Shown piece by piece: positions 19,901 to 27,257 of a stretch of DNA of 32,000 bases. The position numbers and the translations under genes are program-made. This DNA comes from Wolbachia endosymbiont of Ctenocephalides felis wCfeJ (GTDB taxonomy: Bacteria; Pseudomonadota; Alphaproteobacteria; Rickettsiales; Anaplasmataceae). The stretch covers positions 909,279 to 941,278 of the forward strand of contig NZ_CP051157.1 in NCBI RefSeq assembly GCF_012277315.1, read 5' to 3'. Under the pieces are notes generated by a model. The model saw only the letters and a program-made list of their open reading frames with translations. It searched no databases and had not been told where the DNA came from. Numbering within the stretch: position 1 is the first letter of the stretch; each line of letters starts with the position of its first letter.

Positions 19901-22900
19901 CTTTACCCTATTATCGTGACTAATAACCATTGAATTTTTACAATAATACGAAGCAAAGTCGAATGAATTTTTTGTACCTTCTTTTTCATAATCTTGGTCA
20001 GTAACCTGTGGTAAACAAATTCTGCTAGCATCTTCAATACGATGAGGTATAACACGTGAAAGACTTCTTGTATTAGCCCTTTCTTCTTTATTCATAAGAA
20101 TCTTTGCATAATCCGGACGAAGGGTATTACCACTTACTTTTCCAAAACCAATACCATAAGCAACAGTACTATTAGGGCTATTATTTAAAGCTTGCCACGC
20201 TTCTTTAGTGAGACTATTAACCATTTCCTTTCTGGCTGCAAGATGTTGCACATCTTCTGGTATAGGTTGAAAAGCAACTGTATGCCAAAAAATACGCCAA
20301 TTTTCATCATGGGTTGTATCGTGCTTTTTCTCGTACTCTACGATATTGCTAACACCACTATAAACCCCCGAAGCTACCATCAATGCAACTCCAACTGCAA
20401 TGCCGATTCCAGGCATGCTAAGTGCTGTAAGAGCAACACCAGACACAAACGACACAGTAGAAAAAGATATAGATGCTATATTATCCCTTATTTCTTTCTC
20501 TCCACATGGATTATCACTACTTTCTCTATTTTTACAGTCTACAAGATTATTTGCTGATATGCCTATATCAATAATATCAAATACACCACCTACAGCCCCT
20601 GCCACACCTTTTACTATTGTGCTTCCAAATTTTACTCCTGCAACCCGGACAGCAAATTTTGTCTGTTTACCTAAAGTACCTGGTATAATTTTTCCTATAA
20701 CCTTTTCAGCTGATGTTACAACTCTTGGAGTAATTTTAACCATTACATTCTCAATTGGTTGAGATGCAAAAGACCATCCTATTCCGCCTAGATTTAATCC
20801 ACAATCCGTTGCTGTTCCATCTTTACAAGATACAATAGCACCATGGATTCCTCTTATTAATTGTATTCCACCTGCAGCATTCATTAACCTGCTTTTTAAT
20901 TTTGGATTTTTTGTTAAACCACTATTTTGTTGTAAAACATCACCTTGCAAATCTTTAATACGCTCATTCTGGACATAGCGCTCATATCCTTGATCTCCAA
21001 CAACCTTATCAAGTAAGTATTTGTAATCACCTTCAATATTTTTATCCCCAACAAACTCTATTAGCTGAGCATTTTTCGCTTCATCTTTACTACTCTTAAC
21101 ATAAGTTAGGAACTTTTCACTATCAACTATAACCTTATCTACATTATCTTCATCCACCTTTCCTTTACTAAACTTTTCCACATCATCTTTTGCAAATAAA
21201 CAATAACTGATACTTCTTCTACTCCTACCACCTTGCTTTACACAACTATTTGGATTAAGTTTTTTCTTAGGTTGCACAGCTGACTGACCCTAAAGACAGA
21301 GCTGTGCCTAACTTCCACTTCTTGAAATGCTTCTCCTGTTAAAATAAGAGAACCTTTATCTTCAGCTTTTTCATCAAAAGCAACTCCTATAAAAGCTACT
21401 TTATCACCATCTGTAAGCGTTTTATAACTAACACCCTCCTTATATTCTGTGCGTATTTGCTCATCAGCTTCCTTCACTAATGCATCAGCTTTTTCACCTT
21501 TTCTTGGTCCCTTAAGCTCTAATCCCACAGGAATATATTCTTTGGCATTTCCATCTCGGCTTGCAAACTTAATACCATGAACCAACATATCGATACGTTT
21601 TCCTCTACCTGTTTGAAGCTCTGTTAATACTAATGCTCTGTTTTCTTGTGATTCCCCCAGCCTTATATCACTATAGTGGCTGAATACTCCATGTAACGCT
21701 CCTTGAAAATGAGCCTCTTCATTAATAAAATCCCTAAAAGGAAACATTCCTTCTCCAATTTTCTTTAGTAATGAATTATATTTATCTACTGGTAGAGACT
21801 GCCCTGCTGCAGGAGTAACTTGAGACTTAAGTGCATCATCAAATGCCTCCCTTAGTCCATTAGGGTAAGGAACATCTTTTAATTCTCCTTTGAAAAACTC
21901 TTTCCCTTCTTTGTATTCATTTAAGGAATTATATCTATTAACCTCCTCTATGTTAAAAAAATCAGACTTCTTCCCTTCTTGTAAACTTACGTATACCTCT
22001 GTAATTTTGCTTTGCTCCGGTAGATCATCAGGTGTAGGTATCTTTTTACTGCTACGATCTCCTCTTCCCCCTTCTCTAATATGAAAAATAAATACCTCTT
22101 TATTTTGCCCCTGATTTCCTTTAGTCAGCATGAACGTTGTCACAGGTCTTTCAGTTGATTGTGCACCAGACCTTGTAGAAGAAGCAAGTGGGTACTCATC
22201 ATATAAAAATACGGATCTCTCTAAATTAATTCTCTTGAACTCATTAGCAAGGAGAAGTTGCCCTAACAGGAATCTACTAAAGTAATTACCTCCTTTCTCC
22301 GGCGTACCAGGAAATGTGTGATAAATACGCTCTAGTGGCTGCTTTATTTTTTCTTTAACATTAGTGGTCGTATCTTGTCTTCCATTCCAGTCTGAAGCTT
22401 CCTTCAAGAGTGCTTGCATTGTAGGTGGAGCAATTTCTCTATCTTCACGGGGTGATATATGCATTGAAAACTTTTTAGTTGAATCCAAATTTAACCCTAC
22501 ACACAATACATTATCTGAAATAGTCAAAACACGCGTTGTATTTGGCTGAAACCCTTTTGCATAACCTTTTGCTTGCTCTAATGCATCATCTAGTTCTTTA
22601 CCATGACCTATTCCTGCTTTCAATTCAATAATAATTGGAACAGCATTCGGTAATCTATTCTTACCACGAGGCACTAGAACAATATCAGCATAACCTCTTC
22701 CTGCAAATTGCTCCAGGTAAACCCTCAGATTATGCCTATAGCGGAAATTTACTAAAGCACCTGCTATAAATCCATGATGTGCTGCTTCTCGTACCTCTTT
22801 ACCATAGATAAGTGAATTCTCATGTTCAGAATGGATTCCACTGACTTTTTTAAAAATTTCTTCAACAGATTCCTTTACTTTTCCTGCATTAGAATTAGTC

Positions 22901-23571
22901 AGTTTTGCTATATCACTTTCTGGATTATTCCATAACCCCTTTTTTATTTCCTTAAAATCATATGTTGCAGAAGCAACTTTACCCAATTTCTCATTTTCTA
23001 CTTTAATAGATATTTCTCCCGTAGTTTTAGCAATCTCTATTGATCTGATTTGGAGTTTATGTCCAACATTTCTTATACTCGTACTCTGTGCCGGCAGCGC
23101 TAATTGATTAAGTATATTTTCTAGCTCATCATAGGTAAACTTTTTACTCTTACTATCAGTCTCACCAGACTCTAAAATCACAAAAAGACTTAAATTAACT
23201 TCGTAATCATCATAACCTTTATCTTTATATTCCTTTTCATTCCCCCCATCTCTTACAACAGCAACCTTCAAAATTTTCGGACCATCAAAGCGAAAATACA
23301 TTTTTTTAATCTTTAATTCCTTTGCAGCTTTTGTGTCTATAAAAGTAGAAAAGCTCCCTAAAAAGAAATGAGGAAAAAATCCTTCTTTACCTACTGAATG
23401 TAAATATGATGGAATCTGATCAATATATGATTGAAACCTTGCTTCGAAAGATTCAAATTCATCGCCTCGTCGAGCCGGATGATTGACAACACCAGTACCT
23501 GTAACAGAACTTGCTTCTTTAATCAATAACTCTATTAACTCAAAATCTTGTGGTTTTTCTTCGTTTGGCAT
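10780..23571 (-). CDS. cifB: Composite giant CifB-like (type V-like) cytoplasmic incompatibility toxin gene, in four reading-frame segments
   Basis: Segments 21238-23571, 15839-21277, 13950-16046 and 10780-13947 are contiguous on one strand, and domain or repeat content continues across each frame change. Module order: dual PD-(D/E)XK nuclease, pore-forming-like, RTX-like, ankyrin, 50-aa repeats, ankyrin array, latrotoxin-CTD-like. Confidence 0.65.
13950..16046 (-). CDS. CifB-like segment: last 50-aa repeat, uncharacterised linker and ankyrin repeats
   Basis: Starts with 'YLRNVEYGRYLYSPNSASNFQFDDERRYVFTWSS' in continuity with the preceding repeats. Ankyrins such as 'LDRTLLHLASEAGEFDKVKLLLDRGANIEVQDKFGYTPIFLA'. 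The tail 'VKMVILIKLRILLAKVLA' is out of frame. Confidence 0.8.
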   Translation of the reverse strand: MYLRNVEYGRYLYSPNSASNFQFDDERRYVFTWSSNGKGGQFKWKFENCGSTRSRRSIQESNGYNQTVVDYKSVLTEEDSQQISSRISAMVEDVERHTFLNQSKNKLDLDSYLNNRGRSNAADSMRRDVCSELNASGRRNIVLSGNDVCAITSGHETLDIENFPIQEVVINDDANGKKSLRSTLDLHQLVQQINRDLSIKPIPTVIKGKSDLLIKLSISATDLRQDVITVRLKDALINKWYKKLQIIFDNAPVEIDDGLGLKSSFFISDEKIIVVTPQDVEEKNKLIISKKAGQYAYLHDKYDLIVTNAFNADIEASELCIIHFKDFYKEPKMETLSIKFADKEILLSNEIDKIRNSDSIDKLNNVSSIVNSQGSFIHSEVPNSGDINAQGKLDRTLLHLASEAGEFDKVKLLLDRGANIEVQDKFGYTPIFLATQSGKWSIVRLLLDKGANIDAQDKEGQTLLHFAASGNNLDMVQFLLNRGANIEVQDKFAWTPILSAAQSGKWDVIKLLIGNGAKFNNEITIQGTPLHFAVQEGNLDMVRFLLDEGADIESQDKDNKKPLHLAVEAGRLNVVKLLLDRGASVNITDMNSQTPLGLATKGNMIEILKKAELDQGLLINARDGNLDKVVEYFIGKRVSLKVKDRDGKTPLDLAKQKGHTDIAKVIKQMQLELDKKLLSAVKMVILIKLRILLAKVLA
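15839..21277 (-). CDS. CifB-like middle segment: TcdA/TcdB pore-forming-like region, RTX-like region, ankyrins and 50-aa tandem repeats
   Basis: Hydrophobic 'FAVRVAGVKFGSTIVKGVAGAVGGVFDIIDIGI...ISFSTVSFVSGVALTALSMPGIGIAVGVALMVASGVYSGV' (about 20348-20650), 'VFGSSGDDIINFDQGTMFARGGKGNDIYVIG' (about 18800-18890), ankyrins (about 16930-17420), tandem YGRYLYSPNSASNFQFDDERRYVFTWSS repeats. The C-terminal tail beyond about 16090 is frameshifted. Confidence 0.8.
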   Translation of the reverse strand: MQPKKKLNPNSCVKQGGRSRRSISYCLFAKDDVEKFSKGKVDEDNVDKVIVDSEKFLTYVKSSKDEAKNAQLIEFVGDKNIEGDYKYLLDKVVGDQGYERYVQNERIKDLQGDVLQQNSGLTKNPKLKSRLMNAAGGIQLIRGIHGAIVSCKDGTATDCGLNLGGIGWSFASQPIENVMVKITPRVVTSAEKVIGKIIPGTLGKQTKFAVRVAGVKFGSTIVKGVAGAVGGVFDIIDIGISANNLVDCKNRESSDNPCGEKEIRDNIASISFSTVSFVSGVALTALSMPGIGIAVGVALMVASGVYSGVSNIVEYEKKHDTTHDENWRIFWHTVAFQPIPEDVQHLAARKEMVNSLTKEAWQALNNSPNSTVAYGIGFGKVSGNTLRPDYAKILMNKEERANTRSLSRVIPHRIEDASRICLPQVTDQDYEKEGTKNSFDFASYYCKNSMVISHDNRVKGKQKDKTIVYDLSNVNKGTVVGNNEWSNNFLIDSGTAEITGGNKVVNRFVVNNIDFSGKIIGGSNSINILDLSQLKDKVIEVNVNYRFKPNASGSLKARVNGRWLIDDQIDNNGVFNYYYVGRKNKVDKVLCMGYSEHFTGTDGRDVIIDSGGGSNKNEKDIVENCKKVIISPYTTVKGGKSNYTFYVKSADYKGRSLYSEIDVDGTGTIIFPEIDLLGDCDQITYSTSSNTLSLKINFGQNNQFTLDIKNYVEQSSNKPHFLLIDRNGSNIVPKIERSGSSTIKINSFELHSEHSLDNFKDVENHYKKILNNNKDYKVLGVIRGKIQGQDSSVVPHMVFGSSGDDIINFDQGTMFARGGKGNDIYVIGDSVNNREVKIDNNSEDGKLDTIFMREVPMKFLMKGCDVHLNYNNTNIQIKNYLKSNNYRHLVVMNSKGETFIPHVQSTSCVDSSMEDGELIPFLQATQTQIRFWLSGDFQGDYVVIDSNLKDIEKYKNEDDLLLIRKNEIPFIIRIEGFYTDRSKWENISYSLWNNNDFVPSPSLLEDVDDTMEYKDKLRDDYERTVKEYNEDFSNSTSIIQHNQKLEKNISVPVKQDEERMGVMVLKNIIPDQVEVFSSGKDLIFRDKRSNHTINVRNWDNSESYRISTLEFDLGLEPITLRKLGGFSLSEVGKIQYLIRKASENYQNRDKYTLKVENDFKCLMSVDDFERGNRDPVHQCLGFPSLQDRVRFTENSCSLEQIEELKNKTPSSNQILILLEKLENNLLLNGYDSNIIDQCNKWMITSGLRVLKPLVSTAVDEGKWDEVETLLDKTAKKSKAADVEHKIQCSQNWTALNYAVYNGNVELSQSIFKPFLKKKGDINALTSCNGDNWALLHYAVHYDNLDMVSFLIDKGAKVDIQSKKGKTPLYLVIEEAKQLDIVKLLLDRGADIKIKYNGRTPLYLAAYNGNLGIITFLCDRIKAESNNSFKIEQIKFLKEEVVNQANIPSDTKRLVESCISSLRGSIKSEAERALKDGMLNGRSASTIEFVNKVYNFDKNLFGEAIKEAVNRTYSSVGIEGILKFIGSHHYISQFIPGYVAMFDKIPENDGAMFKLAYSIRETMKMPRVSSEEKSDLERLKNKLPESVRNAVFSSAVCIKNVEYGRYLYSPNSASNFQFDDERRYVFTWSSKMDNGKWKVELNGDNVYLRNVEYGRYLYSPNSASNFQFDDERRYVFTWSSKMDNGKWKVELNGDNVYLRNVEYGRYLYSPNSASNFQFDDERRYVFTWSSKVTMVSGKLSLMAIMCIYGMLSMEGTYIHLIVLLISNLTMKGVMCLPGLQMERVVNLSGSLKIVDLLAVGVVYKSQMVIIKLW
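15943..16492 (-). repeat. Four tandem copies of a 150-bp (50-aa) repeat
   Basis: 'gaagaccaggtaaacacataacg' starts at 15943, 16092, 16242 and 16392 (spacings 149, 150, 150). The encoded unit is YLRNVEYGRYLYSPNSASNFQFDDERRYVFTWSSKMDNGKWKVELNGDNV. Confidence 0.95.
21238..23571 (-). CDS. cifB: CifB-like N-terminal segment with two PD-(D/E)XK nuclease domains
   Basis: Nuclease 1: 'HHGFIAGALVNFRYRHNLRVYLEQFAGRGYADIVLVPRGKNRLPNAVPIIIELKAG' (D296, E316-L-K318). Nuclease 2: 'EAHFQGALHGVFSHY...VLTELQTGRGKRIDMLVHGIKF...YIPVGLELKG' (D661, E685-L-K687). Strong SD (AAGGAGG) before the start; 22 nt downstream of the cifA-like gene. Confidence 0.88.
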   Translation of the reverse strand: MPNEEKPQDFELIELLIKEASSVTGTGVVNHPARRGDEFESFEARFQSYIDQIPSYLHSVGKEGFFPHFFLGSFSTFIDTKAAKELKIKKMYFRFDGPKILKVAVVRDGGNEKEYKDKGYDDYEVNLSLFVILESGETDSKSKKFTYDELENILNQLALPAQSTSIRNVGHKLQIRSIEIAKTTGEISIKVENEKLGKVASATYDFKEIKKGLWNNPESDIAKLTNSNAGKVKESVEEIFKKVSGIHSEHENSLIYGKEVREAAHHGFIAGALVNFRYRHNLRVYLEQFAGRGYADIVLVPRGKNRLPNAVPIIIELKAGIGHGKELDDALEQAKGYAKGFQPNTTRVLTISDNVLCVGLNLDSTKKFSMHISPREDREIAPPTMQALLKEASDWNGRQDTTTNVKEKIKQPLERIYHTFPGTPEKGGNYFSRFLLGQLLLANEFKRINLERSVFLYDEYPLASSTRSGAQSTERPVTTFMLTKGNQGQNKEVFIFHIREGGRGDRSSKKIPTPDDLPEQSKITEVYVSLQEGKKSDFFNIEEVNRYNSLNEYKEGKEFFKGELKDVPYPNGLREAFDDALKSQVTPAAGQSLPVDKYNSLLKKIGEGMFPFRDFINEEAHFQGALHGVFSHYSDIRLGESQENRALVLTELQTGRGKRIDMLVHGIKFASRDGNAKEYIPVGLELKGPRKGEKADALVKEADEQIRTEYKEGVSYKTLTDGDKVAFIGVAFDEKAEDKGSLILTGEAFQEVEVRHSSVFRVSQLCNLRKNLIQIVV

Positions 23572-23593
23572 ATAACCCTCCTTTTAGAACTTT

Positions 23594-24889
23594 TTAATGA
23601 TCACCTAACCCCACATAAGATTGTTTACTAATCTCTACCTCAGCTAAATCACCACTTGGGCCAGGTATGTTTTTTTGATCGAGTTCTTTATCAGCAACCT
23701 TACCATAGGCTAAAAACTTATTTAATGAAACATGATCTCCTCGCTCTAATATAGAACGTATGTAATTTGCTTCCTCAGAAGACATAAACTCCTTGATTTG
23801 GCTAGAATTAGCCTTATCTAACATCGCCCATACTGGCTTCATAAAACCTTTTTCAACTAAAGGCACTAAAAATCTCCCTTGAAAAACAGAGTTATTCATC
23901 ATTTCTTTATTCAATGTGAAGGTACGATGATCATCAAACCCCTCTCTTGTCCATACATGTATAAAAATTCCCATAGCTGTGCTTAAATAATGCTCTGGGC
24001 ATTCCTTTACCATTAATTTTAACCAGAGATAGTAATCATCTTCTGGAATATTGCATGGCTTCAAAAAATCAAATAACTTCTGAAATCGATCAAAATTAAA
24101 CATTTCTAGCATTCTGTATAAAGAGGCATATTCAGTATTTCTCTCCAAATCTCTTTTCAAAAGCTCTGGATATCTATCAGGACTTATCTGACTTAAACAA
24201 AATTCAAACACATCAGGATAGCCACTATCATGTGCTGCATGCACTGCAATTCTCATGAAAACTTCATCTTTCTCTCGAGCACTTAATTCACTTTCAGGTA
24301 ATGAACGAACCTTATCCCAAAAGAATTCTACTGCTTCTACACGTCTTCTCCTCGAACTTATTGCTGCACGATGTAAACCAAAAACATAAGGATGCTGACC
24401 TTCTAGATCTAACTCTGAAATGTATCCACTAATGAAATGTGACCAAAATTGCATCATTGCATCTGTATACCAACTTCCACTTACTGATTTAACTAATTTT
24501 TTTAGTGCATCTGAATCTCCATCTTTTATTTTATCTTCCTGTTTAAAATGTTCAAATAGAGAGATTATATCCTCTTCTAAGCAACACCAACATGCGATTT
24601 GGTAACGATCAAAGTCATCTAGCGGATTATTTGTACCCTTCCAACTCTGGGGTTCAATCATCTTTTTAGCTACTACTCTTCTATTGAGTTTAATGCCATG
24701 TATTGTGTTAGTTTTTTCCCAACACTCTTCATTTGACAATATGTCAAGGAAAAAAGGGAGGTTTTCAGTATTGATAGTCTCTAAGTACCCACGCCCCCAA
24801 TTTTTTATTTGAAGTTGTTTAGATTCTTTATAAGGATCGTCATCCTTAATAATAGAAAAAGCTACCTTAGTTAGATCATCTAAGTCCAT
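23594..24889 (-). CDS. cifA: CifA-like cytoplasmic incompatibility factor A
   Basis: Immediately upstream of the dual-nuclease CifB-like gene on the same strand. 'LQIKNWGRGYLETI...LPFFLDILSNEECWEKTNTIHGIKLNRRVVAKKMI...NNPLDDFDRYQIACWCCLEEDI' follows the pattern I recall for CifA proteins (LAIKRWVETYIEYI...LEFLYNVFRDEGCW...LNNTVLGQKL...DNPLPRYGMASRYCI). Confidence 0.82.
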   Translation of the reverse strand: MDLDDLTKVAFSIIKDDDPYKESKQLQIKNWGRGYLETINTENLPFFLDILSNEECWEKTNTIHGIKLNRRVVAKKMIEPQSWKGTNNPLDDFDRYQIACWCCLEEDIISLFEHFKQEDKIKDGDSDALKKLVKSVSGSWYTDAMMQFWSHFISGYISELDLEGQHPYVFGLHRAAISSRRRRVEAVEFFWDKVRSLPESELSAREKDEVFMRIAVHAAHDSGYPDVFEFCLSQISPDRYPELLKRDLERNTEYASLYRMLEMFNFDRFQKLFDFLKPCNIPEDDYYLWLKLMVKECPEHYLSTAMGIFIHVWTREGFDDHRTFTLNKEMMNNSVFQGRFLVPLVEKGFMKPVWAMLDKANSSQIKEFMSSEEANYIRSILERGDHVSLNKFLAYGKVADKELDQKNIPGPSGDLAEVEISKQSYVGLGDH

Positions 24890-25003
24890 AATTCTTACCT
24901 CACAAACAAAACCATATGTAAGATACAGAGCTATAATAATTTATAAACTCTATACTAACTTCAACATTATACTACACCTTTGTAACCTGTCAATCACTAT
25001 TTT

Positions 25004-25867
25004 AGAACGTGTTAAGAATCTCGGATAGATGAGATAGAATAGGCATAGATTAAAGATGAGGTATATCTATGCGAAAAAGTTATCCAAGCGATGTAAGTAG
25101 AGAACAATTTGAAAAGATCAGACCGATTCTGGAAAGTAGCAGGAAGAAAACAAAACCAAGAAAGCTTGATTTATATGAAGTATTTTGTGCAGTGCTATAC
25201 GTTCTAAAAAGTGCCTGCCAGTGGAGAATGCTGCCAAAAGATTTTCCAAGGTGGGAGAATGTGTATTACTATTTTCAAATGTGGAATAAAAAGAATGAAG
25301 CAGAACAAAGTTTGCTGGAATTAGTTTTAAAAAAGATTAGTTGGAGAGGTCCGTATAAACAATGGTAGGAAAGAGAAAACAAGCTTCTGTATAATTGATT
25401 CTCAAAGTGTTAAAAACACAGATACTGCTGAAAAGAAAGGCTATGATGCTGGTAAAAAGATCTCTGGTATAAAGCGCCATATTGCAGTTGACACTCAAGG
25501 TTTACCACACGCAATTCATCTGACAACTGCAGAAGCAACTGATCGTAGCAGTGCTGTGAAAATGGTTGAGAATGCTAAAGAAAGCCTCTCTGAAGTTAAA
25601 AATACACTTGTTGATGCTGGCTATACAGGAGAAAATTTTGCAACTCAAATAAAAGTAACTATCGGTGCAACTGTTGAGATAATAAAACGAAGAGAATTAC
25701 ATACCTTTGCTATATTGCCAAAAAGATAGGTTGTCGAGCGGTCTTTTGCTTGGTTGGAAAAGTGTAGACGGCTATGGAAAAATTGCGAACGTAAACTCAA
25801 CACTAGCTTGCAAATGGTCGTTCTTGCTTTCTCTGCTTTACTCCTCAAAAGATTTTAAACAGGTTCT
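25004..25867 (+). mobile_element. IS5-family (IS1031-like) insertion sequence, about 864 bp, degraded
   Basis: Terminal inverted repeats: agaacgtgttaagaatct (25004-25021) versus the reverse complement of agattttaaacaggttct (25850-25867), 15/18 matches. The transposase is split between them. Confidence 0.75.
25069..25845 (+). pseudogene. IS5-family transposase, two frames with an additional in-frame stop
   Basis: Frame 1: MRKSYPSDVSREQFEKIRPILES...CQWRMLPKDFPRWENVYYYFQMW. A second frame continues 'RKEKTSFCIIDSQSVKNTDTAEKKGYDAGKKISGIKRHIAVDTQGLPHAIHLTTAEATDRS...LVDAGYTGENF' up to a TAG in 'LPKR*VVERSFAWLEKCRRLWKNCERKLNTSLQM'. Confidence 0.87.
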
Positions 25868-26072
25868 TAGAAAAATTTTCTAACCTAAAGTGGTTTTCAG
25901 TAAAAGGCTCTTAATAGGCTTATATAAGGTCTTTTATTAGCTATACACATTTTTGGAATTTGGTTTAAATTTTTTCAAACTATAGGTTCAACGCATATCA
26001 GTAAATAGAGTAGAAGAGAATTAAAGTAACCTGTATGATTAGAAAGAGATTTTTCTTAATTTAACTTTAGTT

Positions 26073-26696
26073 TTGCAGATGTATAGTATTTCTTTATTTA
26101 GAATTTTGATCTTCGTTCTTTTTTTTAATTTGCAGCTTCTTGCACAGGAAAAAACAGATATGTTTTACGATCAAGACAGTGGTTTCCAGCTACCACTACC
26201 TGGTAACATGATTATAGATGATGACAATACTGCCCTGATAGCTCATTACAAAAATGACTCTCTCATAAAAGACTCAAGAAAAGTTGTCTCATTCGAAATT
26301 GATAAGTCTGATATCTACCACTACTGCATAAGAGGGGATGTGCTAATTAGCAAGGGTGATGTTTTAGAAGAAACATGTTATAGTAGTTACCCAACATTCA
26401 TGAGTTTTAACAGTAAGGAAAAAGTGTTACCAGATAAAATATTGATAGATGGGTATCACTTTATATATCTTTATACAGGTGAAGGTGCAGCAGGTACTGC
26501 TTATGATACATATATATACAGAGGTATGATTGATGGCAAGTGCGTTTTCTTTGACATTCATTCACGTATGACAAATCCTTATAACTACTTCGTTGATGAT
26601 AAAACTTCAGTAGAAAATGCATATCGCTCTTTTAATGATGATATTGAAACTGTGAATAATATTATAAGAAATGCAAAATTTAATATTAATAAATAA
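26073..26696 (+). CDS. Hypothetical secreted protein
   Basis: 207-aa ORF with a signal peptide-like N-terminus (MQMYSISLFRILIFVLFFNLQLLAQ) and a soluble remainder; no family recognised. Confidence 0.7.
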   Translation: MQMYSISLFRILIFVLFFNLQLLAQEKTDMFYDQDSGFQLPLPGNMIIDDDNTALIAHYKNDSLIKDSRKVVSFEIDKSDIYHYCIRGDVLISKGDVLEETCYSSYPTFMSFNSKEKVLPDKILIDGYHFIYLYTGEGAAGTAYDTYIYRGMIDGKCVFFDIHSRMTNPYNYFVDDKTSVENAYRSFNDDIETVNNIIRNAKFNINK

Positions 26697-27257
26697 GTCC
26701 ACTAAAAGGTAAAAATGGATTAATATCTATAAAAGATTTTACTACTTGTTGGTTAAATTAAAGGGCCAGTAATATTATAGAAAATTTCAGACTTGCAATA
26801 ATTTTCAATAAGAGCCTCTTGATAAGGTCAATCTGATCTTTCATTTTTTTAAATTCTGTTTTTATCATACGCTTATTAATTCTTCCGCAAGTAAAATACT
26901 ATTAATTTAGCAAGATATATTATTAAGATCTCAAGCAAATTAACCATTTCCAGTGCTCAAAATCAAAAGTGGTGAGAAGTGTTTTCTTTGGGATGGGTTG
27001 GTCTACCGCAAGTTTCTTGCGAACTTTTGTTTATTGTAACTTTGCTATTCGCTAAAACTAGCCATGTTAGCTCACTTTTACTAAATTTATATACGAACTA
27101 GTTTGCCTAACTTTGCTGCCGCAATTTCAAGCTTCTATTTTCACAGCCCTATTTTCACCAAACAAACGCTAATTCTGGATGAGAAGAGAGAAAAAAAGCA
27201 GGAAAATAGGGTAAACTCAGCTAATATTGACAAATAAAAATGTAAGCGAGGTCACCC

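Noticed and set aside
25645-25848. 67-aa minus-strand ORF
   Set aside because: Antisense to the decayed IS5-like transposase.
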